Positions 1 through 9,517 of a DNA stretch of 51,749 nt are shown piece by piece. A model generated the notes under the pieces. It was not told where the DNA came from. It saw only the letters and a list, made by a program, of their open reading frames with translations, and made no database searches. Made by a program: the position numbers and the translations under genes. The stretch comes from Candidatus Anoxychlamydiales bacterium (GTDB lineage: Bacteria > Chlamydiota > Chlamydiia > Chlamydiales > SM23-39): NCBI GenBank assembly GCA_011064875.1, contig JAAKFV010000002.1, positions 1 through 51,749 on the forward strand, in the 5' to 3' direction. Each line of letters begins with the position of its first letter. The stretch's first letter is position 1.

Positions 1-9
1 GTCTGATAA

Positions 10-1368
10 CTAACGCCATAAATTATTTCCTCCGAATTTGCTCATTTGATTGCTAAACAAACCTTTTGCTAAGCCTTTTGTAGGCATTTTTTTCATAAAC
101 TGTTTAATTCTTTTAAATCCTTTAACTAATCGATTTACATCATCTAATTTAGTTCCACTTCCATTTGCAAGTCTTTTTCTTCTTTCAAATGAAATATCGA
201 CCTCTTCTAATCTCTCTCTTTTTGTCATTGATTTTATGATAGATTCAATTTTTTTCATCTCATCTTCAGGAAGATCTAAACTAGATAATGCTGACATTCC
301 AGGCACCATTTTTAAAAGTGATTTTATAGATCCCATTTTTTTAATCATCGACATCTGTTTGATATAATCATCATAGTTAAAACTTTTACTTTTAATTTTT
401 TTCTCAAGTCTTTCAGCCTCTTTTTCATCAACTACATCTTTAGCTTTTTTAACTAGATTTATAACATCTCCCATTCCAAGAATTCTATCTGCCATAGAGT
501 TTGGGTTGAAAATTTGAAAATCATCTATTTTCTCACCCGTCGCTTCAAATTTTAAAGGCTTTTTTGTAACTTCTTTAATCGAGATCGCAGCTCCAGCTCT
601 AGCATCTGAATCTAACATCGTTAAAATTGAGCCAGTAATACTAACTTTAGAATCAAAGAGAGCTGCTGTTTTTACAGCATCTTGACCAAAAGTTGCATTC
701 GCTACATATAAAACCTCAGATGGCTTAGTAATATTTTTTATATCTTCTAGCTCTTGCATTAAATCTTCATCGATATGAAGTCTTCCAGCTGTATCTAAGA
801 TTAAAACATCATATTTTTCATCTTTTGCCCTCTCAAGAGCTTTTTTTGATACTTTAGTAGCCTTTTTCTCATCCTGAATTGAAAAAACATCTATATGGAC
901 ATCAGCAGCTAACCTTTTTAGCTGTTCAATAGCTGCGGGTCTTTGTAAATCACATGCAGCTAAAAGTACTCTTTTATGCTTCTTTTTCAAAAAAGAAGCT
1001 ATTTTTACAGATGTTGTTGTCTTTCCAGATCCCTGAAGACCACAGAGCATGATAACTGATGGCTTATTTTCTAGATCTAAATTAGATTCTTCTTTTCCCA
1101 TGAGCTCTATTAGCTCATCGTGAACAATTTTTATAAATTGCTCTCTAGGAGATACTGATTTTGTAACTTCAGAGCCTATTGCTTTTTCTTTAACTTTTTT
1201 AACAAAATGAGATGCAACAGAATAGTTTACATCTGCCTCTAAAAGAGCTAGTCTCACCTCTTTTATGGCATCGTTAACATTATCTTCTGTAATCTTTTTG
1301 CCTCGAGAAAAACTCGAAAAAAGATTTTGAAATTTATTACTTAAGTTATCAAACATAATTATTTCCAA
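10..1368 (-). CDS. ffh: Signal recognition particle protein Ffh (SRP54 homolog)
   Basis: 452 aa. SRP GTPase motifs GLQGSGKTTT, DTAGR and TMLDSDARAGAA. Met-rich M domain at the C-terminus. Sits downstream of prmC, as in Chlamydia. Confidence 0.97.
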   Translation of the reverse strand: MEIIMFDNLSNKFQNLFSSFSRGKKITEDNVNDAIKEVRLALLEADVNYSVASHFVKKVKEKAIGSEVTKSVSPREQFIKIVHDELIELMGKEESNLDLENKPSVIMLCGLQGSGKTTTSVKIASFLKKKHKRVLLAACDLQRPAAIEQLKRLAADVHIDVFSIQDEKKATKVSKKALERAKDEKYDVLILDTAGRLHIDEDLMQELEDIKNITKPSEVLYVANATFGQDAVKTAALFDSKVSITGSILTMLDSDARAGAAISIKEVTKKPLKFEATGEKIDDFQIFNPNSMADRILGMGDVINLVKKAKDVVDEKEAERLEKKIKSKSFNYDDYIKQMSMIKKMGSIKSLLKMVPGMSALSSLDLPEDEMKKIESIIKSMTKRERLEEVDISFERRKRLANGSGTKLDDVNRLVKGFKRIKQFMKKMPTKGLAKGLFSNQMSKFGGNNLWR

Positions 1369-1395
1369 AAATTTGTAAATAGAATAACTTAAAAA

Positions 1396-2259
1396 TTATT
1401 CTATTTCAACAAAAAAGAAGCGATCTTTTTTAGAAAAATCTTTAATTACTTGTTTTAAAACATATTTTTTATCTGAAAATATTTTTAATACATCTTTTTT
1501 TTGAGAAAAACCTATTTCAAAAAAAAGTTTTGCTTTTGGCTTTGTATACTTAAAAATTTGCTTTTCAATTTTTTTATAAAACTCTAAACCACTATCTTTT
1601 GCAATTAAAGCTTTTTTTGGCTCAAATTTTTTTACATCATCATCTAAAGATTTAAACTCTATCTCAGATACGTATGGGGGATTTGAAATAATTACATCAG
1701 CTCTTATATCTTCAAGAGGATCTAATAAATCCCCTATTTTAAAAATAATATTTACCTCATTTAAATGAGCGTTTTTTTTTGCAATTTTTATTGCTTTTTT
1801 TGAAATATCTACTGCAAAAACTTTTAATTTAGGAAATCTTTTTTTTAAAGCTATGGCAATAGCGCCACTACCTGTACATACATCAATTAAAGTTTTACCA
1901 TCCAAAACTTCATTTTCTAATTTTTTACATATCAAATCTACTAAGATTTCAGTCTCAACTCTCGGAATTAAAACATTTTTATCTACAATAATTTCGCAAC
2001 CATAAAAATCAATTCTCCCAATTATATAATCTATTGGCTCTTTTTTGGATCTTCTTTGAATTAGCTTCCAATACTTTTTTAAATCTTCATTTAAAAAATT
2101 TTTATTAAAATTTAGAAAAAGATCGCTTTTTTTTATCTTTAAAATATGAGATAGAAGTATTTCAGCTGAAAATTTTGCATTTTTGATATTTTTTTCATCT
2201 AAAAACTCAATAGCCGATCTTAAAACTGACTCAAAATCTTTTGAATTAAAAATTTTCAT
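1396..2259 (-). CDS. prmC: Release-factor glutamine N5-methyltransferase PrmC/HemK
   Basis: 287 aa. SAM-binding DVCTGSGAIAIAL and catalytic NPPY (ISNPPYV). Immediately downstream of prfA. Confidence 0.92.
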   Translation of the reverse strand: MKIFNSKDFESVLRSAIEFLDEKNIKNAKFSAEILLSHILKIKKSDLFLNFNKNFLNEDLKKYWKLIQRRSKKEPIDYIIGRIDFYGCEIIVDKNVLIPRVETEILVDLICKKLENEVLDGKTLIDVCTGSGAIAIALKKRFPKLKVFAVDISKKAIKIAKKNAHLNEVNIIFKIGDLLDPLEDIRADVIISNPPYVSEIEFKSLDDDVKKFEPKKALIAKDSGLEFYKKIEKQIFKYTKPKAKLFFEIGFSQKKDVLKIFSDKKYVLKQVIKDFSKKDRFFFVEIE

Positions 2260-2282
2260 GTAATTTAAAAAAAATTATTGTT

Positions 2283-3347
2283 TTAAGATTTTAGCTTTTC
2301 TTGATAATAAAATGAGATTAAAGCAGTTGCAATTTCATCTAAATCCCCTTCCATAACCAAATCTAAATTATAGACGGTTAGATTTATTCGATGATCAGAG
2401 ATTCTATTTTGTGGATAGTTATAAGTTCTAATTCTTTCAGATCTATCTCCTGTTCCTACTTGAGACGCTCTCTCTTTTGATCTTTTCTTTTCCTCTTCTA
2501 TTCTTTTTTTCTCCGCTACTTTTGCTTTTAGAACCCTCATCGCTTTATCTTTATTTTTATGTTGAGATCTCTCATCTTGGCAAGCAACTACAACACCTGT
2601 TGGTATGTGAGTTATTCTAACAGCTGAATCTGTAACGTTAACATGCTGCCCACCCGCTCCAGACGCTCTATAAGTATCTATCTTTAGATCTTTTTCATCT
2701 ATGTCAATATCATCATCTTCTGTTGGCTCTAATAATATAGCAACTGTCGCAGCTGAGGTATGTAATCTTCCAGAAGCTTCAGTTACCGGTACTCTTTGAA
2801 CCCTATGCGTTCCCCCCTCAAATTTCAAAAACCTATAAACATTTTGTCCAGATAGAGACATTACATACTCTTTATAGCCTCCTCTTTCTGATTCTGTTGT
2901 GGATATAGTCTCAGCTATCCACCCTTTATTATTTGCATAGTATTGATACATTCTAACTAAATCACCTACAAAAATAGCCGCTTCATCTCCGCCTGTTCCT
3001 GCTCTAACTTCCATAATTATATTTCTAGAATCATTTGGATCTGGAGGAACTAATATCGTCTCAATCCTCGCTTTAGAAATAGCTAGCTCATTTTGAAGAT
3101 TTGTAATCTCTTCATTTATAACTTCTATTAGCTCTGGATCTTTTTCTGTGAGTAAAAGAGCTTTGCTCTCTATTAGCTCATCATTAGTTTTAACAAAGTA
3201 GTTCCAAGCATCTTTTAGCTCAGTAAGCCTTGAGTGTTCTTGAGAAAGTTCTTTATATTTTTTTTGATCTGAAAAGATATCAGGTTTCCCCAAAAGAGAT
3301 TCAACTTCTTGAAGTCTTTCAAGAAGTTTTTTTACTTTTTCTTCCAT
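2283..3347 (-). CDS. prfA: Peptide chain release factor 1
   Basis: 354 aa. GGQ motif (SGAGGQHVN) and an RF1-type PxT tripeptide (RVPVTE). Confidence 0.97.
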   Translation of the reverse strand: MEEKVKKLLERLQEVESLLGKPDIFSDQKKYKELSQEHSRLTELKDAWNYFVKTNDELIESKALLLTEKDPELIEVINEEITNLQNELAISKARIETILVPPDPNDSRNIIMEVRAGTGGDEAAIFVGDLVRMYQYYANNKGWIAETISTTESERGGYKEYVMSLSGQNVYRFLKFEGGTHRVQRVPVTEASGRLHTSAATVAILLEPTEDDDIDIDEKDLKIDTYRASGAGGQHVNVTDSAVRITHIPTGVVVACQDERSQHKNKDKAMRVLKAKVAEKKRIEEEKKRSKERASQVGTGDRSERIRTYNYPQNRISDHRINLTVYNLDLVMEGDLDEIATALISFYYQEKLKS

Positions 3348-3353
3348 AAAAAC

Positions 3354-3689
3354 TTATTTTTTCTTAGCCGCTTTGGTAGTCTTTTTCTTCTTTTTAGTTT
3401 TATCTAGATTCTCTTTTGCCTTTTCCTTTTCTTTTAAAGATTGCTGTTTTTTCATAGCATATTTTTTAGAAAAACGATCAACTCTACCTTCTGTATCAAT
3501 AAATTGTTTGCTTCCTGTAAAGAATGGATGGGAAGCTGAAGATATTGGAACTCTATAAACTGGATACGTTTTTCCTTCAAACTCTTCTTTCTCTTTAGGT
3601 TGCAGAGTAGATCCACATACAAATTTATGACCATTTGATGAGTCCACGAACAAAATATCTTGATATCGAGGATGGATTTTTTCTTTCAT
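3354..3689 (-). CDS. rpmE: 50S ribosomal protein L31, type B-like, with a Lys-rich C-terminal tail
   Basis: N-terminus [23 protein letters not shown]...HPFFTG is typical of L31. The CxxC zinc motif is absent, as in type B. The tail is [13 protein letters not shown]. Confidence 0.9.
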   Translation of the reverse strand: MKEKIHPRYQDILFVDSSNGHKFVCGSTLQPKEKEEFEGKTYPVYRVPISSASHPFFTGSKQFIDTEGRVDRFSKKYAMKKQQSLKEKEKAKENLDKTKKKKKTTKAAKKK

Positions 3690-3798
3690 TTGTAAATTCT
3701 CCGATTAATTATAATATATATATATTTAAACGAAAAGCTCCATAAAAAACAAGGATTTTCAGAAAATAGATTTTTTATAAAATTAGATCTAAAAATTT

Positions 3799-4467
3799 TT
3801 ATTTATAGTATTTGCTTATTTTTTCCATATAGTCTATATCACTATAAGAAGTTGCTTGTTTAGTAATCGCTGCATCTAGCATATACCACTTATCCTTTCT
3901 TTGCAGTCTATGCCAGTATCTATCTATTGCAAGAGATAAGGTTTGGCTAAAAAAAAGCTCGTTTTGTAAAAGAGAATGCGCTTCAGTAAAACATTTTTTT
4001 AAAGTAGGTATATAGTGTTTATTTACAGCATAAGCATGTGTTCTTATAGATTTTAAAACTTTTTTTATCTTTTTGTGCTTTGTATCTTGAGCTCCATTTG
4101 TACAAAAATCTAAAAAAAATACATCCCAATCATCCACAGTATCAAAAAAATATTTAATAAGTTTATCTAGATTAGCTCTATTTTGTAAAAACATACAATC
4201 ATCTTCTAAAATCAAAACATTATTTAAATTTTTCTCAGTTGCTAAATCAAGTGCTTTGATATGACTCATTGCACATCCCCTATGCCCGTTTAAAGGATCA
4301 AAAGTAGCTGAAATTCTAACTATCTTATCTTCTTTGACATTTAGTCTAGATAATTGATTTAAAAGATAATCTTTTCTATCTTCTCGATGATCTAGATTAA
4401 TAAAAAATATTTTATCAAAATAATCTAATCCCACAAAAATAGACTCTTTCTTTAGTTCATCTAACAT
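3799..4467 (-). CDS. Glycosyltransferase family 25 (Lic2B/LpsA-like)
   Basis: 222 aa. Pattern FFINLDHREDR...RISA...GHRGCAMSHIKAL...VLILEDDCMF resembles the GT25 LOS glycosyltransferase signature. No signal peptide or TM segment is evident. Confidence 0.72.
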   Translation of the reverse strand: MLDELKKESIFVGLDYFDKIFFINLDHREDRKDYLLNQLSRLNVKEDKIVRISATFDPLNGHRGCAMSHIKALDLATEKNLNNVLILEDDCMFLQNRANLDKLIKYFFDTVDDWDVFFLDFCTNGAQDTKHKKIKKVLKSIRTHAYAVNKHYIPTLKKCFTEAHSLLQNELFFSQTLSLAIDRYWHRLQRKDKWYMLDAAITKQATSYSDIDYMEKISKYYK

Positions 4468-4573
4468 ATTTTAATAAATAGATTTGAATTATTTTTCAAT
4501 GTCTCTTTAGATTTTTCATTCTCTAAAAATCTAAAAAAAACTAATATAACTAATAAAAACAATTATAAAAATT

Positions 4574-5296
4574 ATGCCATATCAAACATCTTTTAAGTTA
4601 GGCCCTTCAAAAACTCCCTTCATAATAAAAACCATCCTTATACTCACTTTAGCAATTAGCTTAATTTCAGCTATTTTAACCCCTTTTATAAAAACTAATT
4701 TTATTCAATATATCTTCTCACTTTCACTACCTGGAATAAAAAGTTATTTTTTTTGGCAGTTAATAACTTACACCCTTCTCCAACCAGGCTATGGAATAGC
4801 TATTAGCTTTATTATTGGTTTACTATTTAATCTATATCTTATCTGGGTAATGGGATCTCAGGTTGTAGAAAAAACATCGAATAAGCAGTTTATTTTTTTC
4901 TATCTTTTAAGCTCTATTTTTTCAGCTTTTGTTATTTTATTAACTATGCTAATCGGCTATCAAAACTATCTGTTTTCATCATCTACCATAACATTATATG
5001 CAGTTTTAATTGCTTGGATGATGTTAATGCCAAGTGATACGAAAATCTTTTTATTTTTTGCTCTTCCCATCAAGCATTATTATCTAGTTTTAGGACTTAT
5101 TTGTTTAAACCTTTTATCAACATTGTCTAGCATGGATTTAATTTCATTTTTTGGGTATTTATCAGTGAGTATCTTCGCTTACTTTTATAGTGTTATAATT
5201 TTTCAAAGATACTCCCCATTTCACGTTCTAAATAAGATGGAAAGATCTCTGATATTTACAACAAGAATTTTTATAAATAAATTCAGAAAGAAATAA
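4574..5296 (+). CDS. Rhomboid-like polytopic membrane protein, catalytic dyad apparently incomplete
   Basis: 240 aa with about 6 hydrophobic helices. FWQLITYTLL...LLFNLYLIWVMGSQVEK parallels the rhomboid WRxxT...HxxxN...GxxxE region. Where rhomboids have AHxxGxxxG this protein has SFFGYLSVSIF, with no His. Confidence 0.5.
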   Translation: MPYQTSFKLGPSKTPFIIKTILILTLAISLISAILTPFIKTNFIQYIFSLSLPGIKSYFFWQLITYTLLQPGYGIAISFIIGLLFNLYLIWVMGSQVVEKTSNKQFIFFYLLSSIFSAFVILLTMLIGYQNYLFSSSTITLYAVLIAWMMLMPSDTKIFLFFALPIKHYYLVLGLICLNLLSTLSSMDLISFFGYLSVSIFAYFYSVIIFQRYSPFHVLNKMERSLIFTTRIFINKFRKK

Positions 5297-5311
5297 AAAA
5301 TATCTTAAGCA

Positions 5312-5728
5312 TTAATTTGAAAACTTTTCTATTACTAATTTTGTAAATTCTAAAAAATCCCCAAGCTGTTTTTCTATTATGGATTTAACAATCTCTAAGT
5401 TCAAAGCTTTATAATCATGCACGGCAATGTTTCTAAAACCGACCATCTTTTGAAGTCTTTTAGATAGATCTTGAGATATTATTTTACCTTCTTCTAAAAA
5501 AATAAAAACATCTCTTGTCTTTTGAGGTACACCTAGATTATTTAACCGAATTAAATGAGCTGCTAAATCTATAGCAGCCTCGCAAGCTCTTTGAATATTT
5601 AATATTATCGAATCTTGCTTTGTAAAATTTGTTTCAAACTCACGTTCACTTCCAATATATTCTTCTTTAATTCTTTTTATGCACTTTTCTATGATGGCAA
5701 CTTTATTTAAAATTACATCATCCATCAA
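5312..5728 (-). CDS. hepT: HepT (DUF86/HEPN) toxin of a type VII HepT-MNT toxin-antitoxin pair
   Basis: 138 aa. HEPN Rx4HxY motif present as FRNIAVHDY. There is a 4-nt overlap with the upstream MNT gene. Confidence 0.88.
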   Translation of the reverse strand: MMDDVILNKVAIIEKCIKRIKEEYIGSEREFETNFTKQDSIILNIQRACEAAIDLAAHLIRLNNLGVPQKTRDVFIFLEEGKIISQDLSKRLQKMVGFRNIAVHDYKALNLEIVKSIIEKQLGDFLEFTKLVIEKFSN

Positions 5729-6120
5729 TAAATACCTTTCCTTTTTTTTATATTTTCTATGATACCTTTTCTAGTATCATTTAATCTTAAATACATCGAG
5801 TATATTTTATTTTCAAAAGACTTTTTTTTCTTTTCATCTAAGCAATAGATTATCTTACTTTTAGTAATTATTTGAAAAGCAAAAACAGTAGAAGCATTTA
5901 ACAAATCTATAAGATCAACATCAATATTAATAAAAGAAGCAATCTTTTGAGATATATTCCAGAGTTTTTCTTTATCTAATTTTTCATCGCATAAAACGGC
6001 TAGATCTAAATCACTGTTCTCATTTTGCACTTTAGAAGAATAGCTACCAAATACATAAATAGCTAGCACCCCAGGAAGTTCTTCTAAGAGGATCTTTTTA
6101 GCTTTTTCAACAACATCCAT
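5725..6120 (-). CDS. mntA: MNT-type nucleotidyltransferase antitoxin
   Basis: 131 aa. Minimal nucleotidyltransferase motif GSYSSKVQNENSDLDLAV (GS...DxD). Translationally coupled to hepT. Confidence 0.88.
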   Translation of the reverse strand: MDVVEKAKKILLEELPGVLAIYVFGSYSSKVQNENSDLDLAVLCDEKLDKEKLWNISQKIASFINIDVDLIDLLNASTVFAFQIITKSKIIYCLDEKKKKSFENKIYSMYLRLNDTRKGIIENIKKRKGIY

Positions 6121-6196
6121 AATAATTTACCCTTAAGAGTAAACTAACACAAAATGTAGTTTTGATAAAAGAGAGCTTTTTTTGATGACGAATTTT

Positions 6197-6664
6197 CTAC
6201 TTATTTAACTTACTTTTTCTAGCTTTTTGGAAAAACTCCCTCAAAAGATCAGATGATATCTTTTCTAAAACACCTGATTCAATCTCCACTACATGAATAG
6301 GATGCTTTTTTTTAAAAACATCTATAAAAGAACCGTTTGCACCAACTCTTAAATCTTTCGCTGAGTAGACTACTCTTTTTACTCTCGCATTGATAATTGC
6401 TCCTGCGCACATAATGCAAGGCTCTAGCGTAGTGTATAGAGTTGTATCTTCTAATCTCCAATCATTTAAATGAGCGGAGCCGGATGTTAAACATATCATC
6501 TCAGCGTGAGCTGTTGCATCTGTTAATTTTTCTACTTGATTGTGGCCTCTTGCGATAATTCTATTGTCATGAACTAATACACATCCAACGGGAACTTCAT
6601 CGATATCAAAAGCTTTTTTTGCTTCTTTTAAAGCCTCAAACATGAAAAATTTATCTTTATCCAT
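6197..6664 (-). CDS. tadA: tRNA-specific adenosine deaminase TadA
   Basis: 155 aa. Deaminase zinc motifs HAEM and PCIMCAGA. Confidence 0.95.
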   Translation of the reverse strand: MDKDKFFMFEALKEAKKAFDIDEVPVGCVLVHDNRIIARGHNQVEKLTDATAHAEMICLTSGSAHLNDWRLEDTTLYTTLEPCIMCAGAIINARVKRVVYSAKDLRVGANGSFIDVFKKKHPIHVVEIESGVLEKISSDLLREFFQKARKSKLNK

Positions 6665-6788
6665 AATTAAAATTTTAGGTTATTTTCAAAATAAATATTA
6701 AAATTTCATACCCTATCTCTTTAACATTATAATAGAACAAATCCTTTTTTTAAAGCATTTCAATCATTTTTTCAAAATAGCTAAAAAC

Positions 6789-6817
6789 TTGATTAGTAAA
6801 TCTTTTTCAGCTAAACT
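6789..6817 (+). promoter_or_regulatory. Candidate sigma70-type promoter for rpsO-pnp
   Basis: TTGATT, 17 nt spacer, TAAACT. It lies about 38 nt upstream of the rpsO ATG, and an AGGAG RBS sits at 6844-6848. Promoter calls in DNA this AT-rich are weak. Confidence 0.35.
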
Positions 6818-6854
6818 ATATGTAAATTAAAAATCAAAAATGTAGGAGACTTGT

Positions 6855-7124
6855 ATGTCTTTAGATAAAGGAACCAAAGATGAGATAACAAAAAAATTTC
6901 AGCTGCATGAGAAAGATACTGGATCTGCTGACGTTCAAATAGCTATTTTAACGGAAAGAATAGCAGAACTTACAGAACACTTAAAATTAGCTCCTAAGGA
7001 TCACGGCTCAAGACTAGCTCTTTTAAAGCTTGTTGGACAAAGAAGAAAGCTACTCGATTATTTAAACTCTACTGATACAAAGCGTTATCAATCGTTAATA
7101 GTAAAGCTAAATTTAAGAAAGTAA
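6855..7124 (+). CDS. rpsO: 30S ribosomal protein S15
   Basis: 89 aa. The sequence is typical of S15 ([19 protein letters not shown]...[19 protein letters not shown]). Confidence 0.97.
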   Translation: MSLDKGTKDEITKKFQLHEKDTGSADVQIAILTERIAELTEHLKLAPKDHGSRLALLKLVGQRRKLLDYLNSTDTKRYQSLIVKLNLRK

Positions 7125-7137
7125 ATATTACACTTTT

Positions 7138-7169
7138 GCCAGTAAAATTTTTACTGGCATATTTTTTTT
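7138..7169 (+). terminator. Rho-independent terminator or attenuator hairpin between rpsO and pnp
   Basis: Stem gccagtaaaa / ttttactggc, perfect on paper but probably about 8 bp with a 5-nt loop, followed by a T-run (atattttttt). The position matches the rpsO-pnp intergenic hairpin known in other bacteria. Confidence 0.6.
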
Positions 7170-7296
7170 AACATTAGAGAAAAGATTTGAAAAGACTAGA
7201 GATTAGAAAAAAAACTTCAATTGGTAAATTGAAATTTTCTTTCTGATTTTTAATCTTTTTTTTATCTTTTCTTTTTACTTATAGGAGAAATTATAT

Positions 7297-9396
7297 ATGG
7301 ATCGAAACAAGATCTCATTTACGATAGAAGGTAAAGAAATTATTTTAGAAACAGGTCTCATTGCAAAGCAAGCAAATGGATCAGTACTTTTGCATGTTGG
7401 TGAAACTACAATTTTATCTACAGTTTGTGCAGGTAAAAAAGCATTAGATGACATAGACTTTTTACCACTTAGAGTGGATTATCAAGAAAAATTCTCATCT
7501 ATTGGAAAAACCCCTGGCGGATTTATTAAACGTCAAGGAAAGCCAACAATGAAAGAGATCTTAACAAGCCGCTTAACAGATAGATCATTTCGTCCTCTTT
7601 TTGAAGATGGATATTACAAAGATACACAAATTTTATCATATGTATATTCATATGATTCTCTTCATCTTCCAGATGTTTTAGCAATATGTGCAACATCAGC
7701 AGCGCTTGCTATCTCTGATATACCATTAAAAAAACCAGTTGGAGCTGTAAGAGTTGGTTATATAGATAATGAATATGTTATAAATCCAACAGCTGAAGAG
7801 ATGAAAAATAGCGATCTTGATTTGGTATTATCTGGCACAGATGATGCTATTTTAATGATCGAAGGATATTCTAATTTTTTAACAGAAGAGCAAATTTTAG
7901 AAGCAATTGATCTTGGTCACAAATCTATTAAAACAATCTGCTTAGAAATCTCTGCTTGGGCAGAGAAAATAGGAAAAGAGAAAAACAGAGAAGGGCTTCA
8001 TACAATAGATCAAAAAATTATAGATGATGTTGCTGAGAAAACATCTGCTCAAATTATTGAAGCGCTTTCTGTTAAAGATAAAAAACTAAGAGAAAAAGAT
8101 TTTGATGATCTTAATGCAAAGCTAATAGAAACATACAAATTAGATACTTTAGAGCCTATCTATCCTAAAAGAGATGTTTTTACGGCTTTTAAAAAAATTA
8201 GCTCAACACTCATGAAAAAAAAGATATTAGAAGAGAATAAAAGAATCGATGGTAGAGAGTTTAATGAAATTAGAAAAATTGATTCTGAAGTTGGATTTTT
8301 AGGAAGAACTCATGGAAGCGCTGTCTTTACTAGAGGAGAGACTCAAGCTATTGCTGTATGTACACTCGGAGGAGAAAACATGGCAGAGAGATATGAAGAT
8401 CTTCACGGTGATGGAGCTCACAGATTTTACTTGCATTACTTTTTCCCTCCTTTTTCTGTTGGAGAAGTTGGAAGAGTAGGTTTTCCAGGAAGAAGAGAAA
8501 TAGGACATGGAAAGTTAGCTGAAAGAGCTTTAATGAGCACTCTTCCAGATCAAAAAGATTTTCCATATATTATAAGACTAGAGGCAAACATCACTGAATC
8601 TAACGGCTCCTCTTCTATGGCTTCTGTTTGTTCTGGCTGTTTATCTTTAATGGATGCTGGAGTTCCTATAAAAAGACCTGTATCTGGTATTGCTATGGGA
8701 CTTATTTTGGAAGAAGAAAAATTTGTAATTCTATCAGATATAATGGGAACAGAAGATGCTTTGGGTGATATGGATTTCAAAATAACAGGTGATGAAAATG
8801 GTATCACAGCTTTTCAAATGGACATCAAAGTTGAAGGTATCACTAAAGAGATTATGAAAAAGGCTTTGATCCAAGCAAAAGAAGGAAGAATTCATATCCT
8901 CAAAAAAATGTTAGAGAAATGTCCACAGTCTAGAGATACATTATCCTTGCACGCTCCTAGAATTGTAAATATACAAATCAAACCAAGTAAAATTGGCACA
9001 GTAATAGGACCTGGAGGTAAACAAATCAGAGCTATTATAGAAGAGACTGGCGTTGAGATGGATATTTCAGATGAGGGAATTGTTAGCATAGTATCTAACG
9101 ATGAAAAATCCATGAAAAGAGCAAAAGATATTGTAACTTCTTTAACTCAAGAAGTTGAAATTGGTAAAACGTACCATGGTAAAATTACTTCTATAAAACC
9201 TTTTGGATTATTTGTACAAATCTTCAATCAAGAAGGACTTTGTCATATATCTGAGCTATCACATACTAGAATCGAAAATATCTATGATCTTTTCAAAGAA
9301 GGAGATCCTCTAGAAGTAAAAGTGGTAGATATTGATGATAGAGGTAAAGTTAGACTATCTCATAAAGCTCTTCTTAGTAAAAAAACTGAAGAATAA
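7297..9396 (+). CDS. pnp: Polyribonucleotide nucleotidyltransferase (PNPase)
   Basis: 699 aa. Two RNase PH-like domains (GTEDALGDMDFK), then KH (IGPGGKQIRAI) and S1 (GKITSIKPFGLFV) domains. Confidence 0.98.
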   Translation: MDRNKISFTIEGKEIILETGLIAKQANGSVLLHVGETTILSTVCAGKKALDDIDFLPLRVDYQEKFSSIGKTPGGFIKRQGKPTMKEILTSRLTDRSFRPLFEDGYYKDTQILSYVYSYDSLHLPDVLAICATSAALAISDIPLKKPVGAVRVGYIDNEYVINPTAEEMKNSDLDLVLSGTDDAILMIEGYSNFLTEEQILEAIDLGHKSIKTICLEISAWAEKIGKEKNREGLHTIDQKIIDDVAEKTSAQIIEALSVKDKKLREKDFDDLNAKLIETYKLDTLEPIYPKRDVFTAFKKISSTLMKKKILEENKRIDGREFNEIRKIDSEVGFLGRTHGSAVFTRGETQAIAVCTLGGENMAERYEDLHGDGAHRFYLHYFFPPFSVGEVGRVGFPGRREIGHGKLAERALMSTLPDQKDFPYIIRLEANITESNGSSSMASVCSGCLSLMDAGVPIKRPVSGIAMGLILEEEKFVILSDIMGTEDALGDMDFKITGDENGITAFQMDIKVEGITKEIMKKALIQAKEGRIHILKKMLEKCPQSRDTLSLHAPRIVNIQIKPSKIGTVIGPGGKQIRAIIEETGVEMDISDEGIVSIVSNDEKSMKRAKDIVTSLTQEVEIGKTYHGKITSIKPFGLFVQIFNQEGLCHISELSHTRIENIYDLFKEGDPLEVKVVDIDDRGKVRLSHKALLSKKTEE

Positions 9397-9430
9397 TTTT
9401 TTAAAATTTTAAAGAAAGCAATTTTATTAA

Positions 9431-9459
9431 AAGAGCCTGATAAAAATCAGGCTCTTTTG
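9431..9459. terminator. Bidirectional hairpin terminator between convergent pnp and the 9518-10261 ORF
   Basis: 10-bp stem agagcctgat / atcaggctct with loop aaaa. An A-run precedes it and a T-run follows. Confidence 0.6.
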
Positions 9460-9517
9460 AAATTTTTAAGATCAATTAATTTGCCATATCGATTCTTTTA
9501 AACCTTAAAGCTCAAGC

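Noticed and set aside
50-367. 105-aa plus-strand ORF inside ffh
   Set aside because: It is entirely antisense to a well-supported ffh coding region. The composition is low-complexity Phe/Leu/Ile-rich, as expected from reading an AT-rich gene backwards. There is no RBS.
3373-3634. Two short ORFs (61 and 60 aa) overlapping rpmE
   Set aside because: They are antisense or out of frame relative to a clearly recognisable L31 gene. One is largely the poly-Phe translation of the Lys-rich tail.
7170-7296. Possible regulatory hairpin in the pnp leader (ttcaatt-ggta-aattgaa)
   Set aside because: The stem is only 7 AT-rich base pairs, which is not distinguishable from chance in this composition.
8299-9113. 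Four minus-strand ORFs (69-85 aa) inside pnp
   Set aside because: All are antisense to PNPase, whose domains are intact in the plus frame. The products are Ser/Phe-rich nonsense-like sequences.
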